Shown here one piece after another: positions 1 through 8,373 of a stretch of 64,000 nt of DNA. This DNA is from Vicinamibacterales bacterium. GTDB taxonomy: Bacteria > Acidobacteriota > Vicinamibacteria > Vicinamibacterales > UBA8438. A program made the position numbers and the translations under genes. Position 1 is the first letter of the stretch. Each line of letters begins with the position of its first letter. The notes beneath the pieces are model-generated. The model had not been told where the DNA came from, did no database searches, and worked only from the letters and a program-made list of their open reading frames with translations. Location of the stretch: contig CBDBMW010000012.1 of assembly GCA_965207595.1 (NCBI GenBank), forward strand, positions 1,154,462 to 1,218,461, written 5' to 3'.

Positions 1-887
1 GCGAAATGCTCGTGCACGGCAAGTTCCAGATGCGACTCGGGATCGAGATCGGAGCTTGGCGCGATTCCGGGATCACGCCTTTGTGGTGGGTGTTGACCGG
101 TTCGGAATCCTACAGCCTCCTCGGGCACTGGCGGAGGATCAAGCAGCGTTTCGATGGCGTTCGATCGTACGGTGATTCGATGTACATCCCCGTCCGGCTG
201 AGGACCGGCGTGGACAGCGCTGGTGTAGTCGACCATGCCGTGGCTAGAATGCACGGCATCGCTCAGACACTACTGGACGTATGTCAGAACAAGCCGCCGG
301 CCCATCGAACGCCGGTTACTCACCGGAGTCTCCTGAAGAGGGTGGTTCACGGGATCCGCAGACCGCCGGAACCTGCCGCTACGCTGGCGCTACACTCGGT
401 CCTTGCTGCACCTGAGATCGCCCGCAGGTTTGTCGACCTACTAGGCAACGGGGATTTCGAGATCGGACGAATCGAAAGCGAACGCGCCTACGGGGGGGCC
501 AGGCCGGACCTGTCGATTCATGACGCTGGCAAGATCTGTCGGGTTTTCGTGGAGAACAAGCTCGGTGCGCCACTGACCTCCGATCAGCCGTTGGGGTACC
601 TCAAAGCGCTACCGGATCACCCCGCGTCAGTCCTCGCTTTCATCGTCCCGGAGTGGCGTCTCGATAGCCTCTGGAGAGAGTTGAAGGCCAAGTGCGAGTC
701 CGAGAGCTTCGTTCCCGAGGACGAGTCGCCTCCTGGAGACCCCCGCCGGGTACGGGTCCTCAACCGAACCATGCTGATCACGAGCTGGAAGCGAGTGCTC
801 GACGCGCTACAGAGAACCGCCTCCGAGGGTGGCCACTCGGCCATCGAGCAAGACATCGCCCAGCTTCGCGGGCTCGCCGAAGGATGA
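1..887 (+). CDS. PD-(D/E)xK-type nuclease domain protein; the 5' end probably lies upstream of the window
   Basis: The ORF is open to the window edge. The C-terminal half carries a D...E-x-K core (RPDLSIHDAGKICRVFVENKLGAPLTSDQ) typical of PD-(D/E)xK nucleases. The first ~95 aa (MLVHGKFQMRLG...LLDVC) are paralogous to the product of 894..1352. Confidence 0.6.
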   Translation, partial: EMLVHGKFQMRLGIEIGAWRDSGITPLWWVLTGSESYSLLGHWRRIKQRFDGVRSYGDSMYIPVRLRTGVDSAGVVDHAVARMHGIAQTLLDVCQNKPPAHRTPVTHRSLLKRVVHGIRRPPEPAATLALHSVLAAPEIARRFVDLLGNGDFEIGRIESERAYGGARPDLSIHDAGKICRVFVENKLGAPLTSDQPLGYLKALPDHPASVLAFIVPEWRLDSLWRELKAKCESESFVPEDESPPGDPRRVRVLNRTMLITSWKRVLDALQRTASEGGHSAIEQDIAQLRGLAEG

Positions 888-893
888 GTTGAG

Positions 894-1352
894 ATGGCCC
901 CTGATACGTTCGTGCCGCTACGGGCGGAGGAACTCACGGATGTCCGCGTGCCGCAGCGCCTGTTGAACTACGGCGGACTCGTCGATGCGATCGCGGGCAG
1001 AATGGTCGAGGGCCGAATCGCAGTAACGAAGGGGCTGAAGGCCGTCGGCTTCGGACGGTGGATGCTCGTCCACGGCAGGTTCGAGGTGCGTCTCAAGGTG
1101 AGTCCGACGGCGTGGCACGAGCACGGAGCGACTCCGTTGTGGTGCGACTACAAGTGCTCCGAAGACGTCGCACACCACCTGCGGTCGAAACTCGACGGGT
1201 CGACAGTGGACGGTTCGGGCAAGTCGATCGTCGTGCGCATTCCGGTCCACATCAAGGCCGGTGTCGAACGGGACGGCGTGATTGATGATGCCGTGACGCA
1301 GATGCGCAGTATCGCCGATCTCTTGTTGAAGACCTGCCCCGCTTCTGATTGA
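894..1352 (+). CDS. Hypothetical protein; paralog of the N-terminal domain of the preceding nuclease gene
   Basis: 152-aa ORF starting 6 nt after the previous stop. WMLVHGRFEVRLKV...TPLW...IPVHIKAGVERDGVIDDAVTQMRSIADLLLKTC aligns collinearly with aa 1-95 of the 6..887 ORF. Confidence 0.5.
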   Translation: MAPDTFVPLRAEELTDVRVPQRLLNYGGLVDAIAGRMVEGRIAVTKGLKAVGFGRWMLVHGRFEVRLKVSPTAWHEHGATPLWCDYKCSEDVAHHLRSKLDGSTVDGSGKSIVVRIPVHIKAGVERDGVIDDAVTQMRSIADLLLKTCPASD

Positions 1353-1410
1353 CGACGTTGCGGCCAACGGAGCCCAACCGAAATCAGCGTCCCGGCGCCG
1401 GCCGCGGCCG

Positions 1411-2850
1411 TCACCACAACCCCAAGGCCCGCCACCAGAGGCTGCCGGCGCCCAGCCAGATGGTGATGTTCACGACGCTGATGAGGGCGCCGAGCCGCCA
1501 CCAGGTGATGATGTCCACGTTGCCCGATCCGAAGAGGATGGGGGCGGCCGCGGTGCCGTAGTGCGTCAGCGAGGCGAACAGGTTGCTGAAGAAGGCGAGG
1601 AGCAGCGCGGCGAGGGCGGGGGGTGTGCCGACGGCGAGCGCCAGGGCCAGGAACGGCGCATACATGGCGCTCACGTGGGCGGTGTTCGAGGCGAACAGGT
1701 AGTGCACGTAGAAGTAGATGAGGCTCAGGGTGACGAAGGCGGGGATCCAGTGCACGTCGCCGAGCAGGCCCGAGACGCGGTCGCTGAACCAGGCGAGCAG
1801 GCCCAGCTCGCCGAGCTGGGTCGCCATCATGACGAGCACCGCGAACCAGATGAAGGTGTCCCAGCCGCGCCGTTCGTCGAGGATGTCGTCCCAGGAGAGG
1901 ACGCCGGTGACGAGCATCGCGGCCACGCCCGCGAGCGCCGTCGCGGTGGCGCTCACACCGAGCGCGCCGCCGGCGATCCAGAGCGTGAGCAGGAAGGCGA
2001 ACACCCCGAGCAGGGTCCATTCCTGCCGCGACATGGCCCCCATCTCCTGCAGCCGCCGCCGGGCCAGCTCTGGCGCTTCCGGCGTGCGGCTGATCTCCGG
2101 CGGATACAGACGGTAGACGAGCAAGGGCACCAGCACGAGGCTCAGCAGGCCCGGCACGGAGGCCGCCGCCGCCCACAGCGCCCAGGAGATCGCCACCCCC
2201 TGCTGCGCCGCCAGCTCCGCCGCGAGCGGGTTCGCGGCCATCGCGGTGAGGAACATCGCGCTGGTCACCACCACGCCCTGGTAGGCGGTGAAGGTCAGGA
2301 ACCCCGCGATGCGGCGCTCCGTTCCGCGCGCGGCGTCGCTCCCGAGCGAGACGCAGAGCGACTTCAGGATGGGGTAGATGACGCCGCCGCCGCGCGCGGT
2401 GTTGCTCGGGATGGCCGGGGCCAGGACGAGATCGGTGGCCACGAAGCCGTAGGCCAGGCCCAGGCTCCGCCGGCCGAGGACGCGCATGAAGTGGTATGCG
2501 ATGCGGGTGCCGAGCCCCGTCTTCACGAAGGCGGTGGCGATGAAGAAGGCCGCCACCACCAGCCACACCACGGTGCTGCCGAAGCCGGCCGTCGCCTCCG
2601 CGATCGTCAGCGTGCCGCTGAGGACGGCGACGCCGGTGGCCACGAACGCCGTGGCGCCCATCGGCATCGGCCGCAGGACGATGCCGACCATCGTCGCGAC
2701 GAAGACGGCGAGGAGTTGCCAGGCGCGAGGCTCGACGCCGGCCGGCGCGGGCACCAGCCACAGCATCGCCCCGACGAGGACGATCACCCCGAGCCGGGCG
2801 GCGTCCACGCGGGCCGTCCGTGCGGATTGCGGCGGCGTCTCGTCGGGCAT
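1411..2850 (-). CDS. DASS-family (SLC13/CitT-like) sodium-coupled anion symporter
   Basis: 479-aa polytopic membrane protein. Family-typical blocks include PSNTARGGGVIYPI and ASNTAHVSAMYAPF hairpin-like motifs. The ATG is at 2848-2850. Confidence 0.9.
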   Translation of the reverse strand: MPDETPPQSARTARVDAARLGVIVLVGAMLWLVPAPAGVEPRAWQLLAVFVATMVGIVLRPMPMGATAFVATGVAVLSGTLTIAEATAGFGSTVVWLVVAAFFIATAFVKTGLGTRIAYHFMRVLGRRSLGLAYGFVATDLVLAPAIPSNTARGGGVIYPILKSLCVSLGSDAARGTERRIAGFLTFTAYQGVVVTSAMFLTAMAANPLAAELAAQQGVAISWALWAAAASVPGLLSLVLVPLLVYRLYPPEISRTPEAPELARRRLQEMGAMSRQEWTLLGVFAFLLTLWIAGGALGVSATATALAGVAAMLVTGVLSWDDILDERRGWDTFIWFAVLVMMATQLGELGLLAWFSDRVSGLLGDVHWIPAFVTLSLIYFYVHYLFASNTAHVSAMYAPFLALALAVGTPPALAALLLAFFSNLFASLTHYGTAAAPILFGSGNVDIITWWRLGALISVVNITIWLGAGSLWWRALGLW

Positions 2851-2921
2851 GCGTCAGCGGAACGGACCGGATCGCGGAGTCGCGGGGAAGACAGGTCGCG
2901 AGTCTATCGCAATCCTCCGAC

Positions 2922-2932
2922 GGGGGGGGGGG
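2922..2932. repeat. Homopolymeric G11 tract in a divergent promoter region
   Basis: Read directly as ...cctccgac GGGGGGGGGGG cgctgg.... It is the longest homopolymer I saw in the window; other runs are 7 nt or shorter. Confidence 0.95.
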
Positions 2933-3027
2933 CGCTGGCGCCGGACAGGGCGGCGACGGGCCGACAGACGCGCCGCCGGTCCCGGATGAGAGCGGCGACC
3001 GTGACAGCCGCGCCGCCGGTCGCCACA

Positions 3028-4635
3028 ATGGAGACGGTGCGCTTCTTCAACACGGAGGGTCCCGTCCGTCCGGACGAGCACTACTGCATCCCCCCGCTCG
3101 AGCGGATCGACCTCGACGACGTCCTGGGCCTCGTGCGCAGCAAGAAGTACTTCGTGCTGCACGCTCCGCGGCAGACCGGCAAGACGTCGGCGCTGCTCGC
3201 CCTTCGCGATCTGCTGAACGGCGGCACCGCCGGCGACTACCGCTGCGTGTACGCGAACTTCGAGGTCGGCCAGCCGGCGCGCGAGGACACGGGGCGCGCG
3301 ATGCTCGCGATGCTCGGCGAGCTGGCCCGCCGCGCCCGCCTGACGTTGGGCGACCAGACCCCGGACCGGCTCCGCGGTGCCGCGCTCGAGACGGAGGGCG
3401 CGGACGGCGCGCTCATCGACGTGCTCTCCCGCTGGGCTCAGGCCGATCCGCGGCCGCTGGTGCTGCTGATCGACGAGATCGACACGCTGGTGGGCGATAC
3501 CTTGCTCTCGGTGCTGCGGCAGCTCCGCGCCGGCTACGACGAGCGACCCCGCCGCTTCCCGCACAGCGTGGTCCTCTGCGGCGTGCGCGACGTGCGCGAC
3601 TACCGCATTCGCTCCGGGGCGCAGAACGCGCTCGTGCTCGGCGGCAGCGCGTTCAACATCAAGTCGAAGTCGCTGCGGCTGGGCGACTTCACCGAGGCAG
3701 AGACGTGGGCCCTGCTGGAACAGCACACGGCGGAGACCGGGCAGGTGTTCGCGCCTGGAGCAGCGGGACTGATCCGGACGCGGACGGCGGGGCAACCGTG
3801 GCTGGTGAACGCGCTGTGCCGGGAGGCGTGCTTCGAGAGCGCGGCGGGCCGGGACCGCTCGCGGGCAATCACGATGGACGACATCCTGGACGTCCAGGAG
3901 AGGCTGATCCAGGCCCGCGTGACGCACCTGGACAACCTGGCCGACAAGCTCCGCGAGGAACGCGTGCGGCGGGTGGTGGCGCCGATGCTGACCGGCGCCG
4001 CCGACCGCGAGAGCTACGCCGACCGGGCTCGCGACGTGGAGTACGCGCGCGACCTCGGCCTGCTGGCGCAGGACGACGCGAAGCGCATCGCCAACCCGAT
4101 CTACGCGGAAGTGATTCCCCGCGAGTTGACCTGGGTGACGCAGGATGACGTCGAGGCGGAGACGGCCTCGTACCTGGACGCCGACGGCGGCCTCGCGGTG
4201 GACAGGCTACTGGAAGCGTTCCAGCGCTTCTTCCGTGAGCACTCGGAACACTGGACGCAGCGCTTCGGCCAGTACCGGGAGGCCGGGCCGCAACTGCTGC
4301 TCCAGGCGTACCTTCAGAAGGTGGTGAACCGCGGCGGCCGCATCGAGCGGGAGTACGCCCTCGGCCGGGGACGGGTGGACCTGCTGATCGTGTGGCCCCA
4401 CGGCGGTCGCGCGCGCCGCTTCGTCGTGGAGTGCAAGGTGCGCCGCGACGGGCTGGAGCGGACGGTCCGCGAGGGAGTCGAGCAGACGCGCGGCTACATG
4501 GACCGCTGCGGAGCGGAGTCCGGCCACCTGATCGTCTTCGATCCCTCGGAGGACCGGACCTGGGAGCAGAAGATCTTCCGCCGCGACCCACCGGCCGGCG
4601 GCGACTCGGCGCCGGTCACCGTCTGGGGCATGTGA
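3028..4635 (+). CDS. AAA-ATPase-like protein with a C-terminal PD-(D/E)xK (PDDEXK_9-like) nuclease domain
   Basis: The N-terminus METVRFFNTEGPVRPDEHYCIP and Walker A HAPRQTGKTS match the AAA-ATPase_like family. The C-terminal RVDLLIVWP...RFVVECKVRRD is a D..E-x-K motif. The 5' extension of the listed ORF (1561..) is antisense to the symporter. An alternative ATG lies at 2986. Confidence 0.85.
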   Translation: METVRFFNTEGPVRPDEHYCIPPLERIDLDDVLGLVRSKKYFVLHAPRQTGKTSALLALRDLLNGGTAGDYRCVYANFEVGQPAREDTGRAMLAMLGELARRARLTLGDQTPDRLRGAALETEGADGALIDVLSRWAQADPRPLVLLIDEIDTLVGDTLLSVLRQLRAGYDERPRRFPHSVVLCGVRDVRDYRIRSGAQNALVLGGSAFNIKSKSLRLGDFTEAETWALLEQHTAETGQVFAPGAAGLIRTRTAGQPWLVNALCREACFESAAGRDRSRAITMDDILDVQERLIQARVTHLDNLADKLREERVRRVVAPMLTGAADRESYADRARDVEYARDLGLLAQDDAKRIANPIYAEVIPRELTWVTQDDVEAETASYLDADGGLAVDRLLEAFQRFFREHSEHWTQRFGQYREAGPQLLLQAYLQKVVNRGGRIEREYALGRGRVDLLIVWPHGGRARRFVVECKVRRDGLERTVREGVEQTRGYMDRCGAESGHLIVFDPSEDRTWEQKIFRRDPPAGGDSAPVTVWGM

Positions 4636-4641
4636 AGGCCT

Positions 4642-4714
4642 CCCCGGCCGCGGGGTATACGCGGACGTGGCGCCATGGCGCCCGTTCCTCAACCGGCGGC
4701 GGGCTCGAGCCCGC
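4642..4714. terminator. Cluster of three GC-rich palindromes between convergent genes (possible bidirectional terminators)
   Basis: CCCCGGCCGCGGGG (4642-4655), GGCGCCATGGCGCC (4669-4682) and GCGGGCTCGAGCCCGC (4699-4714). None has a U-tract. Confidence 0.35.
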
Positions 4715-4750
4715 GGCGCGTGGGTCGTGCCCGCTCGCGGCAGGGCCCGG

Positions 4751-5824
4751 TTACTCCCGGACGTACTTCCGGATGCGCTGGGGGCCGACGTCGGCGGCGT
4801 AGATGTTGCCCTCGCGATCCGCGGTGATGCCGGACGCGCCCGAGATGCGGAGCTCGTCCTGGCGGTCGAGGTCGGGGTCGGGGATGTACGCGTGCACGGA
4901 CCCGTCGACGGCGCTCCCTACGTAGATGCCCCGCTGGAAGCCGGGGTTGTTCCGCGCGTTCGAGGTCGAGTCGGTGACGTAGAGGACGTCGTCCTCGTCG
5001 ATGAACATCCCGCTCGGCCGCCCGAACTGCTTCCACTCGGCGACGAACGTGCCGTCCGGCTCGAAGATCTGTATTCGGCTGTTCGAGCGGTCGCCGACGA
5101 ACACGCGCCCTCGGCTGTCCAGGGTGATGGTGTGCGGCTGGTCGAACTCGCCGGGGGCGTCGCCCGGCCCTCCCCACGTCAGGAGGAAGCGGCCGTTCCG
5201 GTCGAACTTCACGACGCGGTTGTTCGGCCCGTGGCCGTCGGTGACGAAGATGTCGCCCGCGGCGTTCACCGCGACGTCGCTCGGGCGGTCGAACGTGTCC
5301 GGCCCGTTGCCCGCGACACCCGCCCGGCCGAGCGTGAGGAGCACCTCGCCCGCCGGGCTGAACTTGAAGACCTGGTGGCCGCGCCCGCCGGCCGGCAGGC
5401 CGAGCACGGTCTCGCTCCCGTTGTAATCGGTTCCCCAGATGTTCCCTTCGGGGTCGATGTGGAAGCCGTGCGGGGCCGCGAACACGCCCTCCCCCCAACT
5501 GTCGAGGAGCTCTCCGTCCGGGCTGAACTTCACCACCGGCGGGTCGTCGTCCCGGCCGACGCAGGTGGCGGCGCCGGGCGGCCGGTTGTTGAAGCAGCGG
5601 TGGAAGACCCAGATGTTGCCGTCCGCGTCGCGGTCGACGCCGATCGTCTCGCCCCACCGCCCGCCGTTCATGTGTGCCGGAAGATGCGGCCACTCATCGA
5701 CGAGACGATAGGGAGTGGGAAGCGGGGACTGCGCCACGGGCCCGGAGGGCGTGCCGGCCAGAACGGCGAGCGCAAGACCGATCGGGAGCACGAAACCGAT
5801 TCCGACGGAGCCACGGCCCTTCAC
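4751..5824 (-). CDS. Secreted NHL-repeat six-bladed beta-propeller protein
   Basis: It has an N-terminal signal peptide. Blade motifs recur (PSDVAVNAAGDIFVTD, PHTITLDSRGRVFVGD, GITADREGNIYAAD), as in NHL/peptidyl-alpha-hydroxyglycine-lyase-like propellers. Confidence 0.8.
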   Translation of the reverse strand: MKGRGSVGIGFVLPIGLALAVLAGTPSGPVAQSPLPTPYRLVDEWPHLPAHMNGGRWGETIGVDRDADGNIWVFHRCFNNRPPGAATCVGRDDDPPVVKFSPDGELLDSWGEGVFAAPHGFHIDPEGNIWGTDYNGSETVLGLPAGGRGHQVFKFSPAGEVLLTLGRAGVAGNGPDTFDRPSDVAVNAAGDIFVTDGHGPNNRVVKFDRNGRFLLTWGGPGDAPGEFDQPHTITLDSRGRVFVGDRSNSRIQIFEPDGTFVAEWKQFGRPSGMFIDEDDVLYVTDSTSNARNNPGFQRGIYVGSAVDGSVHAYIPDPDLDRQDELRISGASGITADREGNIYAADVGPQRIRKYVRE

Positions 5825-5879
5825 GCGTGGAATCGTACTCGATTCCGTTCATGCCGGCTTCTTTTGCTACTGTCATGAT

Positions 5880-6158
5880 GTGGCGCACCTGGAGGTCAAG
5901 AACGTCCCCGACTCCCTTCACGAGCGCCTGCGCCGCTTCGCTCGCGAGACGGACCGCACCCTGAGCGCGGCAGTGCTCGCCGCGGTGGAACGCGAGCTGG
6001 CGTCGTGGGAATGGCGGAGGCGGCTGGCTCAGCGATCGGAGACCGACCTCGGAGTGGACGCGGCGACGCTGCTCGCAGAGGCGCGCGCGCTCCGGAACCC
6101 TCCGACCATCGCCTGCGCCGTCAGAGCGATGCCAGGAAGTCGAGGACGAGGCGGGTGA
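5880..6158 (+). CDS. Orphan ribbon-helix-helix (FitA/VapB-like) antitoxin-like protein
   Basis: The GTG-initiated reading VAHLEVKNVPDSLHERLRRFARETDRTLSAAVLAAVEREL matches the RHH antitoxin N-terminal pattern. No PIN toxin follows. The 3' end overlaps the convergent hydrolase gene by about 38 nt. Confidence 0.45.
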   Translation: MAHLEVKNVPDSLHERLRRFARETDRTLSAAVLAAVERELASWEWRRRLAQRSETDLGVDAATLLAEARALRNPPTIACAVRAMPGSRGRGG

Positions 6159-7437
6159 CCTGGGCCGACCGCTCCTGCTGCACCCAGTGGCCTGCCCCGT
6201 CGAGCAGGTGCAGCCCCCGCAGATCGGTGCAGGCCTGCGTTTCCATCCGCTCCAGCGCCCCCGGCCGCTGGTGGATGCCCCAGTCCCGCGCGCCGGCGAT
6301 GAAGAGCGACGGCTGGTCGATGGTACGTCCGGCGAACACCTGCAGGTCGGCGTTGATGCCGCCGCCGAAGATGGACGAGACCGACGCCACGCTGCGATAC
6401 CACTGCAGCCCGCCCTGGAAGCCGGTCCGCTCGTACTCGGCGCTGTAGACCCGCAACTCGTCGTCCGGCAGCCACTCGCAGGCCGCGATCTCGGCCGCCG
6501 TCGGCATGTGCTCGGCAACCGACTCCGCCATCCCCCGGCCGAGGTCCAGCACGTAGTAGCGGGGCAGGCGCGCGAGCTCCGCCGCCGACCACTCGCGGAG
6601 CGGCTGCGGCCGGTTGCCGCTCCAGTCGCCGCTCTTCATGTGGTAGTAGGCGCGCAGGAAGTCGTGCACTCCCTGCGGCGCCCGCCACAGGTCGTCGTTC
6701 GCGCCGCGCGTGGCGTAGAAGCGCCGGTAGTGCCAGCGCGGCGGGTCGAGGCGGGCGAGGTCGCCATCGATGTCCGGCGCCGGAGCGGCAGCCGCGCTGG
6801 ACGCATCTGCGTCGGCGGTGTCGAACGGCAGCGCCGCCGTCCCCCCGAACGGCGCGCTCATCAGGACGACGGAGCGGAAGACGTCCGGCCGCGCGACCGC
6901 GCACCACGACGCCACCAGCGATCCGAAATCGTGCCCGGCGAGGTGGACCTCGCGGTAGCCGAAGGCGGACACCAGCGACAGCATGTCGCGGATCTCGTTC
7001 AGCATCCGGAACGGGCGCAGGTCGTCGTCGTAGCCGACGTCCGTGCCGTCCGTGCGGCCGTAGCCGCGCAGGTCCGGGGCCAGGACGTGGTAGCCGGCAT
7101 CGGCGAGAGCCGGCATCAGGCGCCGCCAACTGTAGGCGAGCTCCGGGAAGCCGTGGAGCAGCAGGACGCCCGCCCGCGCGCCGGCCTTCGACCCCGCCTC
7201 CAGCACGTGCATCCGCAGGCCGTTCACGTTGGCGACGAAACGGGAGCGGACGCCCGGCGGCAGCACGCCGTCGGCGTAGGGTCCGATGCCTTCAGCGGGC
7301 TGCGTCATGGCGTGCACGAGGGTGCCGCCCGCGCTCGCGAGACCGGCACCGGGCCGAGCCGCCATCGTGGCGATCCCGGCCGCCGCACCCCGCAGGAGCT
7401 GCCGGCGCGTGAACCGGGGACGCGGCATCGGCGGCAT
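6121..7437 (-). CDS. TAT-exported alpha/beta hydrolase (epoxide-hydrolase-like)
   Basis: It has a twin-arginine signal (FTRRQLLRGAAAG). LLLHGFPELAYSWRRLMPALADAGYHVLAPDLRGYGRTDG is typical of epoxide-hydrolase-type alpha/beta hydrolases. Confidence 0.9.
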   Translation of the reverse strand: MPPMPRPRFTRRQLLRGAAAGIATMAARPGAGLASAGGTLVHAMTQPAEGIGPYADGVLPPGVRSRFVANVNGLRMHVLEAGSKAGARAGVLLLHGFPELAYSWRRLMPALADAGYHVLAPDLRGYGRTDGTDVGYDDDLRPFRMLNEIRDMLSLVSAFGYREVHLAGHDFGSLVASWCAVARPDVFRSVVLMSAPFGGTAALPFDTADADASSAAAAPAPDIDGDLARLDPPRWHYRRFYATRGANDDLWRAPQGVHDFLRAYYHMKSGDWSGNRPQPLREWSAAELARLPRYYVLDLGRGMAESVAEHMPTAAEIAACEWLPDDELRVYSAEYERTGFQGGLQWYRSVASVSSIFGGGINADLQVFAGRTIDQPSLFIAGARDWGIHQRPGALERMETQACTDLRGLHLLDGAGHWVQQERSAQVTRLVLDFLASL

Positions 7438-7522
7438 TATGTCATTGTCCAGGCGAGTCGCTGTCGCGCCCCGGTCCTCGGCGTCGGTCGACCGAGTGAC
7501 GATCCGGCGGCCGCGCGCGCCC

Positions 7523-7870
7523 TCAGGTATCCAGCAGCCGGGTCAGCATCCGGCGGATCTGATCCTGCCCACCGAAGAACACCGCCAGGACCCGGACCGC
7601 CCGGCGCTCTTCGTCGACGTCGAACCAATAGGTTGCCCGCTCGATCGTCAGGCGTCGGAGGCCGGGCAGAACGTCGTCACGCTTCTCGCCCCGGTGCGTT
7701 GCCGTGAGGATGCGGTCGGCGGCCGCGCGGATCTCCATCACCCGCGCCTCCGCGTGATCGAACGCGGCGTGCACGTCCTCGCCGAAGCCGCGGTAGCTGT
7801 CGAACAGGTGGTCGAAGATCAGCGCGAAGTCGCGCTCGGCGTCCGCGGAGAACTCAAGCCGAAGGGCCAT
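7523..7870 (-). CDS. parE: Type II toxin, ParE/RelE family
   Basis: MALRLEFSADAERDFALIFDHL...LRRLTIERATYWFDVDEERRAVRVLAVFFGGQD fits the ParE pattern. It overlaps the upstream antitoxin gene by 17 nt. Confidence 0.85.
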   Translation of the reverse strand: MALRLEFSADAERDFALIFDHLFDSYRGFGEDVHAAFDHAEARVMEIRAAADRILTATHRGEKRDDVLPGLRRLTIERATYWFDVDEERRAVRVLAVFFGGQDQIRRMLTRLLDT

Positions 7871-8129
7871 GCGACCGGCGCTTCGCCGCAACCATGTCGG
7901 CCAGCCGGCGATCCATCCGCTTCGCGGTGACGAACTCGCCCTCGCGCCGGCGGGCCAGCACTTCGCGCAACGCCGTGCGCTCGAGTTCGTCGTCCTCCAG
8001 CCTCCGCCGAAGAAGGTCGACCCCTCGTTGCAGCACGGCGCTGACGCTGGCGTATCGCCCGGCCTTCACAAGAGCCTTCGCGAACGCGTGCTGCTCGTCC
8101 GTGAGGGATACGGATGACTTGACCGTCAT
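7854..8129 (-). CDS. parD: Type II antitoxin, ParD family (RHH)
   Basis: MTVKSSVSLTDEQHAFAKALVKAGRYASVSAVLQRGVDLLRRR matches the ParD/COG3609 signature. It lies immediately upstream of parE. Confidence 0.85.
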   Translation of the reverse strand: MTVKSSVSLTDEQHAFAKALVKAGRYASVSAVLQRGVDLLRRRLEDDELERTALREVLARRREGEFVTAKRMDRRLADMVAAKRRSHGPSA

Positions 8130-8150
8130 GCGCAGTCTGACCGCGCGGAT

Positions 8151-8170
8151 AGTAGCACCAGGTAGTACCA
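8151..8170 (-). promoter_or_regulatory. Candidate ParD operator: two 9-bp direct repeats with a 10-bp period, upstream of parD
   Basis: GTAGCACCA (8152-8160) and GTAGTACCA (8162-8170). On the coding strand these read TGGTACTAC C TGGTGCTAC TAT, about 22 nt before the parD ATG. Confidence 0.3.
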
Positions 8171-8181
8171 CCCGTCAACGC

Positions 8182-8211
8182 GGGTGACCGACGCGCGGGT
8201 GACCGACGCGC
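8182..8211. repeat. Perfect 15-bp tandem duplication (GGGTGACCGACGCGC x2)
   Basis: Read directly. It lies in the divergent region between parD and the lipoprotein gene. Confidence 0.9.
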
Positions 8212-8373
8212 GGCTTGCCGTCGCACCTCGCGTCGCCCGCGTCGCGGTTCTCGACCGTGGCCGTGAGCGAGGTCCGCACGTCCGGCTGCGTCTGCCGCCC
8301 CCGACCATGGACAGAGCCCCGCCCGGACACGGTGGTATGCTGTCGCGACCCTGGAGTCCGGGAGGAGGACGTC

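Noticed and set aside
888-893. The in-frame TGA between ORFs 6..887 and 894..1352, as a possible readthrough, selenocysteine or pseudogene site.
   Set aside because: The domain order explains it more simply. Gene 1 is shared N-domain plus nuclease with a normal stop. Gene 2 is a separate paralog of the N-domain with its own ATG. There is no SECIS-like hairpin, and there is no need to join them.
1561-3027. The 5' extension of the 1024-aa ORF that contains the AAA-ATPase/PDDEXK_9 gene.
   Set aside because: The extension is antisense to the DASS symporter and is low-complexity (EGEEQRGEGGG...). Family-typical sequence begins at METVRFFNTEGP (3028).
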